A DNA stretch of 64,000 nucleotides from Eledone cirrhosa (lineage: Eukaryota): assembly GCA_964016885.1 (NCBI GenBank), contig OZ024740.1:28148001-28212000 (forward strand). Direction: 5' to 3'. Positions 43,421 through 57,135 of this stretch are shown in pieces (positions within the stretch are counted from its first letter, which is position 1; every line of letters starts with the position of its first letter). Made by a program: the position numbers and the translations under genes. The notes beneath the pieces were generated by a model that saw only the letters and a program-made list of their open reading frames with translations, had not been told where the DNA came from and did no database searches.

Positions 43421-46400
43421 GTGATTTTCCTGAGTATATGTGATATTCCTGAGTACAGGCGATTTTCCTGAGTATATGTGATTTTTCTGACTATATGTGA
43501 TCTTCCTGAGTATATGTGATTTCCCTGAGTATATGTGATTTCCTGAGTATATGTGATTTTCCTGAGTCTATGTGATTTTCCTGAGTATATGTGATTTTCC
43601 TGAATATATGTGATTTTCCAGAGTATATGCGATTTTCCTGAGTATATGTGATTTCCTTGAGTATATGTGATTTCCCTGACTATATGTGATTTCCCTGAGT
43701 ATATGTGATTTTCCTGAGTATATGTTATTTTCCTGAGTATTTGATTTTCCTGAGTTTAAGTGATTTTCCTGACTATTTGTGATTTTCCTGACTATTTGTG
43801 ATTTTCCTGACTATATGTGATTTTCCTGAGTATATGTGATCTTCCTGAGTATATGTGATTTTCCTGAGTATATGCGACTTTCCTGAGTATATGTGATTTT
43901 CCTGACTATATGTGATCTTCCTGAGTATATGTGATTTCCCTGAGTATATGTGATTTTCCTGACTATTTGTGATTTTCCTGAGTATATGAGATTTTCCTGA
44001 CTATATGTGATTTTCCTGAGTATATGTGATCTTTCTGAGTATATGTGATTTTCCTGAGTATAGGCGATTTTCCTGAGTATATGTAATTTTGCTGACTATA
44101 AGTGATCTTCCTGAGTATGTGTGATTTCCAGGAATATATGTGATTTTCCTGAGTGTATGTGATTTTCCTGAGTATATGTGATTTTCCTGAATATATGTGA
44201 TTTTCCTGAGTATATGTTATTTCCCTGAATATATATGATTTTCCTGAGTATATGTGATTTTCCTGTGTATATATGATTTTCCTGAGTATATGTGATTTTC
44301 CTGAGTATATGTGATTTCCCTGAGAATATGAGATTTTCATGAGTATATGTGATTTCACTAGGTATATGTGATTTTCCTGACTTTATTTGATTTTTCTGAC
44401 TATATGTGATTTCATTGGGTATATGTGATTTTCCTGAGTATATGTGATTTTCATGAGTATACGTGATTTTCCTGAGTATATGTGATTTTCCTGACTATAT
44501 GTTATTTTCCTGAGTATATGTGATTTTCCTGAGTATATGTGATTTCCCTGAGTATATGTGATTTTCCTGACTATTTGTGATTTTCCTGACTGTATGTGAT
44601 TTTCCTGACTATATGTGATTTTCCTGAGTATATGTGATTTTCCTGACTATATGTGATTTTCCTGAGTATATGTAATTTCCCTGAGTATATGGGATTTTCC
44701 TGAGTATATGTGATCTCCTGACTATATGTGATTTTCCTGAGTATATGTGATTTCCCTGACTATATGTGATTTCCCTGAGTATATGTGATTTTCCTGAGTA
44801 TATGTGATTTTCCTGAGTATATGTGATTTCCCTGACTAAATGTGATTTTCGTGATTATATGTGATCTTCCTGAGTATATGTGATTTTCCTGAGTATATGT
44901 GATTTCCCTGAGTATATGTGATTTTCCTGACAATATGTGATTTTCCTGAGTATATGTGATTTTCCTGAGTATATGTGATTTTCCTGAGTATATGTGATTT
45001 TCTTGTGTATATGTGATTTTCCTGAGTATATGTGATTTCCCTCAGTATATGTGATTTTCCTGACTATTTGTGATTTTCCTGACTATGTGATTTTCTTGAC
45101 TATATGTGATTTTCCTGAGTATATGTGATTTTCCTGACTATATGTGATTTTCCTGCGTATATAAAATTTCCCTGAGTATATGTGATTTTCCTGAGTATAT
45201 GTGATTTTCCTGACTATATGTGATTTTCCTGAGTATATGTGATTTCCCTGACTATATGTGATTTCCCGGAGTATATGTGATTTCCATCAGTATATGTGAT
45301 TTTCCTGAGTATATGTGATCTTCCTGAGTATATGTGATTTTCCTGAGAATATGTGATTTACCTGAGTATATGTGATCTTCCTGAGTATATGTGATTTTCC
45401 TGAGTATATGTGATTTCCCTGAGTATATGTGATTTTCCTGAGTATATGTGATTTTCCTGACTATATGTGATTTTCCTGAGTATATGTGATTTTCCTGACT
45501 ATATGTGATTTTCCTGAGTATATGTGATTTTCCTGACTATATGTGATTTTCCTGACAATATGTGATTTTCCTGAGTATGTGTGATTTCCCTGAGTATATG
45601 TGATTTTCATGAGTATATGTAATCTTCCTGAGTATATGTGATTTTCCTGAGTATATGCGATTTTCCTGAGTATATGTGATTTTCCTGAGTATATGTGATT
45701 TATTTGAGTATATGTGATTTCCCTGACTATATGTGATTTTCCTGAGTATATGTGATTTCCCTGAGTATATGTGATTATCCTGAGTATATGTGATCTCTTG
45801 ACTATATGTGATTTTCCTGAGTATATGTGATTTCCCTGACTATATGTGATTTCCCTGAGTATATGTGATTTTCCTGAGTATATGTGATTTTCCTGAGTAT
45901 ATGTGATTTCCCTGACTATATGTGATTTTCATGATTATATGTGATCTTCCTGAGTATATGTGATTTTCCTGAGTATATGTGATTTCCCTGAGTATATGTG
46001 ATTTTCCTGAGTATCTGTGATTTTCATGACTATATGTGATTCTCCTGAGTATATGTGATTTTCATGACTATGTTATTTTCCTGACAATATGTGATTTACC
46101 TGAGTATATGTGATTTTCCTGAGTATATGTGATTTTCCTGAGTATATGTGATTTTCTTGAGTATATGTGATTTTCCTGAGTATATGTGATTTCCATGAGT
46201 ATATGTGATTTTCCTGACTATTTGTGATTTTCCTGACTATGTGATTTTCTTGACTATATGTGATTTTCCTGAGTATATGTGATTTTGCTGACTATGTGAT
46301 TTTCCTGAGTATATAAAATTTCCCTGAGTATATGTGATTTTCCTGAGTATATGTGATTTTCCTGAGTATATGTCATCTTCCTGAGTATATGTGATTTTCC

Positions 46401-48411
46401 TGAGTATATGTGATTTCCCTGAGTATATGTGATGTTCCTGAGTATATGTGATTTTCCTGACTATATGTGATTTTCCTGACTATATGTGATTTTCCTGAGT
46501 ATATGTGATTTTCCTGACTATATGTGATTTTCCTGAGTATATGTGATTTCCCTGAGTATATGTGACTTTCCTGAGTATATGTTATTTTCCTGAGTATTTG
46601 ATTTTCCTGACTATTTGTGATCTTCCTGAGTATATGTGATTTTCCTGAGTATATGCGATTTTCCTGAGTATATGTGATTTTCCTGACTATATGTGATCTT
46701 TCTGAGTATATCTGATTTCCCTGAGTATATGTGATTTTGCTGACTATTTGTGATTTTCCTGAGTATATGTGATTTTCCTGACTATATGTGATTTTCCTGA
46801 GTATATGTGATCTTCCTGAGTATATGTGATTTTCCTGAGTATAGGCGATTTTCCTGAGTATATGTGATTTTGCTGACTATATGTGATCTTCCTCAGTATA
46901 TGTGATTTCCCGCAATATATGTGATTTTCCTGAGTGTATGTGATTTTCCTGAGTATATGTGATCTCCCTGAATATATGTGATTTTCCTGAGTATATGTGA
47001 TTTTCCTGTGTATATATGATTTTCCTGAGTATATGTGATTTTCCTGAGTATATGTGATTTCCCTGAGTATATGTGATTTTCCTGAGTATATGTGATTTTC
47101 CTGAGTATATGTGATTTCCTTGACTATATGTGATTTCCCTGACGATATGTGATTTTCCTAACTATATGTGATTTTCCTGACTATATGAGATTTTCCTGAG
47201 TATATGTGATTTTCCTGACTATATGTAATTTTACTGAGTATATGTGATTTACCTGACTAGAAGTGATTTTACTGAGTATATGTGATTTCCCTGACTATAT
47301 GTGATTTTCCTGAATATATGTGATTTTCTTGACAATATGTGATTTTCCTGAGTATATGTGATTTTCCTGAGTATATGTGATTTTCCTGATTATATGTGAT
47401 TTCCCTGAGTATATGTGATTTTCCTGAGTATATATGATTTAACTTAGTATATGTGATTTTCCTGAGTATATGTGATTTACCTGACTATATGTGATTTTCC
47501 TGAGTATATGTGATCTTTCTGAGTATATGTGATTTCCCTGAGTATATGTTATTTTACTGAGTATATGTGATTTCTTTGAGTATATGTGATTTCCCTGACT
47601 ATATGTGATGTTCCTGAGCATATGTGATCTTCCTGAGTTTATGTGATTTTCCTGAGTATAGGCGATTTTCCTGAGTATATGTGATTTTTCTGACTATATG
47701 TGATTTTCCTGAGTATATTTGATTTCCCTGAGTATATGTGATTTTCCTGAGTATATGTGATTTTCCTGAGTATATGTGATTTTCCTGAGTATATGCGATT
47801 TTCCTGAGTATATGTGATTTTCCTGACTATATGTGATCTTTCTGAGTATATGTGATTTCCCTGAGTATATGTGATTTTGCTGACTATTTGTGATTTTCCT
47901 GAGTATATGTGATTTTCCTGACTATATGTGATTTTCCTGAGTATATGTGATCTTCCTGAGTATATGTGATTTTCCTGAGTATAGGCGATTTTCCTGAGTA
48001 TATGTGATTTTGCTGACTATATGTGATCTTCCTCAGTATATGTGATTTCCCGCAATATATGTGATTTTCCTGAGTGTATGTGATTTTCCTTAGTATATGT
48101 GATCTCCCTGAATATATGTGATTTTCCTGAGTATATGTGATTTTCCTGTGTATATATGATTTTCCTGAGTATATGTGATTTTCCTGAGTATATGTGATTT
48201 CCCTGAGTATATGTGATTTTCCTGAGTATATGTGATTTTCCTGAGTATATGTGATTTCCTTGAATATATGTGATTTCCCTGACGATATGTGATTTTCCTA
48301 ACTATATGTGATTTTCCTGAATATATGAGATTTTCCTGAGTATATGTGATTTTCCTGACTATATGTAATTTTACTGAGTATATGTGATTTACCTGACTAG
48401 AAGTGATTTTA

Positions 48412-51400
48412 CTGAGTATATGTGATTTCCCTGACTATATGTGATTTTCCTGAATATATGTGATTTTCTTGACAATATGTGATTTTCCTGAGTATATGTG
48501 ATTTTCCTGAGTATATGTGATTTTCCTGATTATATGTGATTTCCCTGAGTATATGTGATTTTCCTGAGTATATATGATTTAACTTAGTATATGTGATTTT
48601 CCTGAGTATATGTGATTTACCTGACTATATGTGATTTTCCTGAGTATATGTGATCTTTCTGAGTATATGTGATTTCCCTGAGTATATGTTATTTTACTGA
48701 GTATATGTGATTTCTTTGAGTATATGTGATTTCCCTGACTATATGTGATGTTCCTGAGTATATGTGATCTTCCTGAGTATATGTGATTTTCCTGAGTATA
48801 GGCGATTTTCCTGAGTATATGTGATTTCCCTGAATATATGTGATTTTCCAGAGTATATGCGATTTTCCTGAGTATATGTGATTTCCTTGAGTATATGTGA
48901 TTTCCCTGAGTATATGTGATTTTCCTGACTATTTGTGATTTTCCTGAGTATATGTGATTTTCCTGACTATATGTGATTTTCCTGAGTATATGTGATCTTT
49001 CTGAGTATATGTGATTTTCCTGAGTATAGGCGATTTTCCTGAGTATATGTGATTTTGCTGACTATATGTCATCTTCCTGAGTATGTGTGATTTCCAGGAA
49101 TATATGTGATTTTCCTGAGTGTATGTGATTTTCCTGAGTATATGTGATTTTCCTGAATATATGTGATTTTCCTGAGTATATGTTATTTCCCTGAATATAT
49201 GTGATTTTCCTGAGTATATGTGATTTTCCTGTGTAAATATGATTTTCCTGAGTATATGTGATTTTCATGAGTATATGTGAATTCCCTTAGTATATGAGAT
49301 TTTCATGAGTATATGTGATTTCACTAGGTATATGTGATTTTCCTGACTATATTTGATTTTTCTGACTATATGTGATTTCATTGGGTATATGTGATTTTCC
49401 TGAGTATATGTGATTTTCATGAGTATACGTGATTTTCCTGAGTATATGTGATTTTCCTGACTATATGTGATTTTCCTGAGTATATGTGATTTTCCTGAGT
49501 ATATGTGATTTCCCTGAGTATATGTGATTTTCCTGAGTATTTGTGATTTTCCTGACTGTATGTGTTTTCCTGATTATGTGATTTTCCTGAGTATATGTGA
49601 TTTTCCTGACTATATGTGATTTTCCTGAGTATATGTAATTTCCCTGAGTATATGTGATTTTCCTGAGTATATGTGATCTCCTGACTATATGTGATTTTCC
49701 TGAGTATATGTGATTTCCCTGACTATATGTGATTTCCCTGAGTATATGTGATTTTCCTGAGTATATGTGATTTTCCTGAGTATATGTGATTTCCCTGACT
49801 ATATGTGATTTTCGTGATTATATGTGATCTTCCTGAGTATATGTGATTTTCCTGAGTATATGTGATTTCCCTGAGTATATGTGATTTTCCTGAGTATATG
49901 TGATTTTCATCACTATATGTGATTTTCCTGAGTATATGTGATTTTCATGACTATGTGATTTTCCTGACAATATGTGATTTTCCTGAGTATATGTGATTTT
50001 CCTGAGTATATGAGATTTTCCTGAGTATATGTGATTTTCTTGAGTATATGTGATTTTCCTGAGTATATGTCATTTCCCTGAGTATATGTGATTTTCCTGA
50101 CTATTTGTGATTTTCCTGACTATGTGATTTTCTTGACTATATGTGATTTTCCTGAGTATATGTGATTTTCCTGACTATATGTGATTTTCCTGAGTATATA
50201 AAATTTCCCTGAGTATATGTGATTTTCTTGAGTATATGTGATTTTCCTGACTATATGTGATTTTCCTGAGTATATGTGATTTCCCTGACTATATGTTATT
50301 TCCCGGAGTATATGTGATTTCCATGTGTATATGTGATTTTCCTGAGTATATGTGATCTTCCTGAGTAAATATGATTTTCCTGAGTATATGTGATTTTCCT
50401 GAGTATATGTGATCTTCCTGAGTATATGTGATTTACCTGAGTATATGTGATTTCCCTGAGTATGTGTGATTTTCCTGAGTATATGTGATTTTCCTTATTA
50501 TATGTGATTTTCCTGAGTATACGTGATTTTCATGACTATATGTGATTTTCCTGAGTATATGTGATTTTCCTGACTATATGTGATTTTCCTGAGTATATGT
50601 GATTTTCCTGACTATATGTGATTTTCCTGAGTTTATGTGATTTTCCTGACTATATGTGATATTCCTGAGTATATGTGATTTTCCTGACTATATGTGATTT
50701 TCCTGAGTATATGTGATCTTCCTGAGTATATGTGATTTTCCTGAGTATATGCGATTTTCCTGAGTATATGTGATTTTCCTGAGTATATGTGATTTATTTG
50801 AGTATATGTGATTTCCCTGACTATATGTGATTTTCCTGAGTATATGTGATTTCCCTGAGTATATGTGATTTTCCTGAGTATATGTTATTTTCCTGAGTAT
50901 TTGATTTTCCTGACTATTTGTGATTTTCCTGACTATATGTGATTTTCCTGAGTATATCTGATCTTCCTGAGTATATGTGATTTTCCTGAGTATATGCGAT
51001 TTTCCTGAGTATATGTGATTTTCCTGACTATATGTGATCTTTCTGAGTATATGTGATTTCCCTGAGTACATGTGATTTTGCTGACTATTTGTGATTTTCC
51101 TGAGTATATGTGATTTTCCTAACTATATGTGATATTCCTGAGTATATGTGATATTCCTGAGTATATGTGATTTTCCTGAGTATAGGCGATTTTCCTGAGT
51201 ATACGTGATTTTGCTGACTATATGTGATCTTCCTCAGTATATGTGATTTCCCGCAATATATGTGATTTTCCTGAGTGTATGTGATCTCCCTGAATATATG
51301 TGATTTTCCTGAGTATATGTGATTTTCCTGAGTATATGTGATTTCCCTGAGTATATGTGATTTTCCTGAGTATATGTGATTTTCCTGAGTATATGTGATT

Positions 51401-54400
51401 TCCCTGACTATATGTGATTTCCCTGACGATATGTGATTTTCCTAACTATATGTGATTTTCCTGACTATATGAGATTTTCCTGAGTATATGTGATTTTCCT
51501 GACTATATGTAATTTTCCTGAGTATATGTGATTTACCTGACTAGAAGTGATTTTTCTGAGTATATATGATTTAACTGAGTATACGTGATTTTCCGGAGTA
51601 TATGTAATTCCTTTGAGTATATGTGATTTCCCTTACTATATGTGATGTTCCTGAGTATATGTGATCTTCCTGAGTATATGTGATTTTCCTGAGTATAGGC
51701 GATTTTCCTGAGTATATGTGATTTTTCTGACTATATGTGATCTTCCTGAGTATATGTGATTTCCCTGAGTATATGTGATTTTCCTGAGTATATATGATTT
51801 TCCTGAGTATATGTGATTTTCCTGAGTATATGTGATTTCCCTGAATATATGTGATTTTCCAGAGTATATGTGATTTTTCTGTGTATATATAATTTTCCTG
51901 AGTATATGTGACTTTCCTGAGTATATGTGATTTCCCTGAGTATATGTGATTTTCCTCAGTATATGTGATTTTCCTGACAATATGTGATTTTCCTGAGTAT
52001 ATGTGATTTTCCTGAGTATATGTGATTTTCCTGAGTATATGTGATTTTCTTGAGTATATGTGATTTTCCTGAGTATATGTGATTTCCCTGAGTATATGTG
52101 ATTTTCCTGACTATTTGTGATTTTCCTGACTATATGATTTTCTTGACTATAACTGATTTTCCTGAGTATATGTGATTTTCCTGACTATATGTGATTTTCC
52201 TGAGTATATAAAATTTCCCTGAGTATATGTGATTTTCCTGAGTATATCTAATTTCCCTGAGCATATGTGATTTTCCTGAGTATATGTGATCTCCTGACTA
52301 TATGTGATTTTCCTGAGTATATGTGATTTCCCTGACTATATGTGATTTCCCTGAGTATATGTGATTTTCCTGAGTATACGTGATTTTCCTGAGTTTATGT
52401 GATTTCCCTGACTATATGTGATTTTCATGATTATATGTGATCTTCCTGAGTATATGTGATTTTCCTGAGTATATGTGATTTCCCTGAGTATATGTGATTT
52501 TCCTGAGTATATGTGATTTTCATGACTATATGTGATTTTCCTGAGTATATGTGATTTTCATGACTATGTGATTTTCCTGACAATATGTGATTTTCATGAG
52601 TATATGTGATTTTCCTGAGTATATGTGATTTTCCTGAGTATATGTGATTTTCTTGAGTATATGTGATTTTCCTGAGTATATGTGATTTCCCTGAGTATAT
52701 GTGATTTCCCTGACTATATGTGATTTCCCGGAGTATATGTGATTTTCCTGAGTATATGTGATTTCCCTGACTATATGTGATTTTCCTGAATATATGTGAT
52801 TTTCTTGACAATATGTGATTTTCCTGAGTATATGTGATTTTCCTGAGTATATGTGATTTTCCTGATTATATGTGATTTCCCTGAGTATATGTGATTTTCC
52901 TGAGTATATATGATTTAACTTAGTATATGTTATTTTACTGAGTATATGTGATTTCTTTGAGTATATGTGATTTCCCTGACTATATGTGATGTTCCTGAGT
53001 ATATGTGATCTTCCTGAGTATATGTGATTTTCCTGAGTATAGGCGATTTTCCTGAGTATATGTGATTTTTCTGACTATATGATATTTTCCTGAGTATATT
53101 TGATTTCCCTGAGTATATGTGATTTTCCTGAGTATATGTGATTTTCCTGAGTATATGTGATTTTCCTGAGTCTATGTGATTTTCCTGAGTATATGTGATT
53201 TCCCTGAATATATGTGATTTTCCAGAGTATATGCGATTTTCCTGAGTATATGTGATTTCCTTGAGTATATGTGATTTCCCTGAGTATATGTGATTTTCCT
53301 GACTATTTGTGATTTTCCTGAGTATATGTGATTTTCCTGACTATATGTGATTTTCCTGAGTATATGTGATCTTTCTGAGTATATGTGATTTTCCTGAGTA
53401 TAGGCGATTTTCCTGAGTATATGTGATTTTGCTGACTATATGTCATCTTCCTGAGTATGTGTGATTTCCAGGAATATATGTGATTTTCCTGAGTGTATGT
53501 GATTTTCCTGAGTATATGTGATTTTCCTGAATATATGTGATTTTCCTGAGTATATGTTATTTCCCTGAATATATGTGATTTTCCTGAGTATATGTGATTT
53601 TCCTGTGTAAATATGATTTTCCTGAGTATATGTGATTTTCATGAGTATATGTGAATTCCCTTAGTATATGAGATTTTCATGAGTATATGTGATTTCACTA
53701 GGTATATGTGATTTTCCTGACTATATTTGATTTTTCTGACTATATGTGATTTCATTGGGTATATGTGATTTTCCTGAGTATATGTGATTTTCATGAGTAT
53801 ACGTGATTTTCCTGAGTATATGTGATTTTCCTGACTATATGTGATTTTCCTGAGTATATGTGATTTTCCTGAGTATATGTGATTTCCCTGAGTATATGTG
53901 ATTTTCCTGAGTATTTGTGATTTTCCTGACTGTATGTGTTTTCCTGATTATGTGATTTTCCTGAGTATATGTGATTTTCCTGACTATATGTGATTTTCCT
54001 GAGTATATGTAATTTCCCTGAGTATATGTGATTTTCCTGAGTATATGTGATCTCCTGACTATATGTGATTTTCCTGAGTATATGTGATTTCCCTGACTAT
54101 ATGTGATTTCCCTGAGTATATGTGATTTTCCTGAGTATATGTGATTTTCCTGAGTATATGTGATTTCCCTGACTATATGTGATTTTCGTGATTATATGTG
54201 ATCTTCCTGAGTATATGTGATTTTCCTGAGTATATGTGATTTCCCTGAGTATATGTGATTTTCCTGAGTATATGTGATTTTCATCACTATATGTGATTTT
54301 CCTGAGTATATGTGATTTTCATGACTATGTGATTTTCCTGACAATATGTGATTTTCCTGAGTATATGTGATTTTCCTGAGTATATGAGATTTTCCTGAGT

Positions 54401-57135
54401 ATATGTGATTTTCTTGAGTATATGTGATTTTCCTGAGTATATGTCATTTCCCTGAGTATATGTGATTTTCCTGACTATTTGTGATTTTCCTGACTATGAG
54501 ATTTTCTTGACTATATGTGATTTTCCTGAGTATATGTGATTTTCCTGACTATATGTGATTTTCCTGAGTATATAAAATTTCCCTGAGTATATGTGATTTT
54601 CTTGAGTATATGTGATTTTCCTGACTATATGTGATTTTCCTGAGTATATGTGATTTCCCTGACTATATGTTATTTCCCGGAGTATATGTGATTTCCATGA
54701 GTATATGTGATTTTCCTGAGTATATGTGATCTTCCTGAGTAAATATGATTTTCCTGAGTATATGTGATTTTCCTGAGTATATGTGATCTTCCTGAGTATA
54801 TGTGATTTACCTGAGTATATGTGATTTCCCTGAGTATGTGTGATTTTCCTGAGTATATGTGATTTTCCTTATTATATGTGATTTTCCTGAGTATACGTGA
54901 TTTTCATGACTATATGTGATTTTCCTGAGTATATGTGATTTTCCTGACTATATGTGATTTTCCTGAGTATATGTGATTTTCCTGACTATATGTGATTTTC
55001 CTGAGTTTATGTGATTTTCCTGACTATATGTGATATTCCTGAGTATATGTGATTTTCCTGACTATATGTGATTTTCCTGAGTATATGTGATCTTCCTGAG
55101 TATATGTGATTTTCCTGAGTATATGCGATTTTCCTGAGTATATGTGATTTTCCTGAGTATATGTGATTTATTTGAGTATATGTGATTTCCCTGACTATAT
55201 GTGATTTTCCTGAGTATATGTGATTTCCCTGAGTATATGTGATTTTCCTGAGTATATGTTATTTTCCTGAGTATTTGATTTTCCTGACTATTTGTGATTT
55301 TCCTGACTATATGTGATTTTCCTGAGTATATCTGATCTTCCTGAGTATATGTGATTTTCCTGAGTATATGCGATTTTCCTGAGTATATGTGATTTTCCTG
55401 ACTATATGTGATCTTTCTGAGTATATGTGATTTCCCTGAGTACATGTGATTTTGCTGACTATTTGTGATTTTCCTGAGTATATGTGATTTTCCTAACTAT
55501 ATGTGATATTCCTGAGTATATGTGATATTCCTGAGTATATGTGATTTTCCTGAGTATAGGCGATTTTCCTGAGTATACGTGATTTTGCTGACTATATGTG
55601 ATCTTCCTCAGTATATGTGATTTCCCGCAATATATGTGATTTTCCTGAGTGTATGTGATCTCCCTGAATATATGTGATTTTCCTGAGTATATGTGATTTT
55701 CCTGAGTATATGTGATTTCCCTGAGTATATGTGATTTTCCTGAGTATATGTGATTTTCCTGAGTATATGTGATTTCCCTGACTATATGTGATTTCCCTGA
55801 CGATATGTGATTTTCCTAACTATATGTGATTTTCCTGACTATATGAGATTTTCCTGAGTATATGTGATTTTCCTGACTATATGTAATTTTCCTGAGTATA
55901 TGTGATTTACCTGACTAGAAGTGATTTTTCTGAGTATATATGATTTAACTGAGTATACGTGATTTTCCGGAGTATATGTAATTCCTTTGAGTATATGTGA
56001 TTTCCCTTACTATATGTGATGTTCCTGAGTATATGTGATCTTCCTGAGTATATGTGATTTTCCTGAGTATAGGCGATTTTCCTGAGTATATGTGATTTTT
56101 CTGACTATATGTGATCTTCCTGAGTATATGTGATTTCCCTGAGTATATGTGATTTTCCTGAGTATATATGATTTTCCTGAGTATATGTGATTTTCCTGAG
56201 TATATGTGATTTCCCTGAATATATGTGATTTTCCAGAGTATATGTGATTTTTCTGTGTATATATAATTTTCCTGAGTATATGTGACTTTCCTGAGTATAT
56301 GTGATTTCCCTGAGTATATGTGATTTTCCTCAGTATATGTGATTTTCCTGACAATATGTGATTTTCCTGAGTATATGTGATTTTCCTGAGTATATGTGAT
56401 TTTCCTGAGTATATGTGATTTTCTTGAGTATATGTGATTTTCCTGAGTATATGTGATTTCCCTGAGTATATGTGATTTTCCTGACTATTTGTGATTTTCC
56501 TGACTATATGATTTTCTTGACTATAACTGATTTTCCTGAGTATATGTGATTTTCCTGACTATATGTGATTTTCCTGAGTATATAAAATTTCCCTGAGTAT
56601 ATGTGATTTTCCTGAGTATATCTAATTTCCCTGAGCATATGTGATTTTCCTGAGTATATGTGATCTCCTGACTATATGTGATTTTCCTGAGTATATGTGA
56701 TTTCCCTGACTATATGTGATTTCCCTGAGTATATGTGATTTTCCTGAGTATACGTGATTTTCCTGAGTTTATGTGATTTCCCTGACTATATGTGATTTTC
56801 ATGATTATATGTGATCTTCCTGAGTATATGTGATTTTCCTGAGTATATGTGATTTCCCTGAGTATATGTGATTTTCCTGAGTATATGTGATTTTCATGAC
56901 TATATGTGATTTTCCTGAGTATATGTGATTTTCATGACTATGTGATTTTCCTGACAATATGTGATTTTCATGAGTATATGTGATTTTCCTGAGTATATGT
57001 GATTTTCCTGAGTATATGTGATTTTCTTGAGTATATGTGATTTTCCTGAGTATATGTGATTTCCCTGAGTATATGTGATTTCCCTGACTATATGTGATTT
57101 CCCGGAGTATATGTGATTTTCCTGAGTATATGTGA
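48412..57135. repeat. ~4.37-kb tandem duplication (~230 monomers)
   Basis: ORF pairs 49062/53436, 50688/55062 and 51636/56010 are all offset by 4374. The junction is near 52748. Confidence 0.94.
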
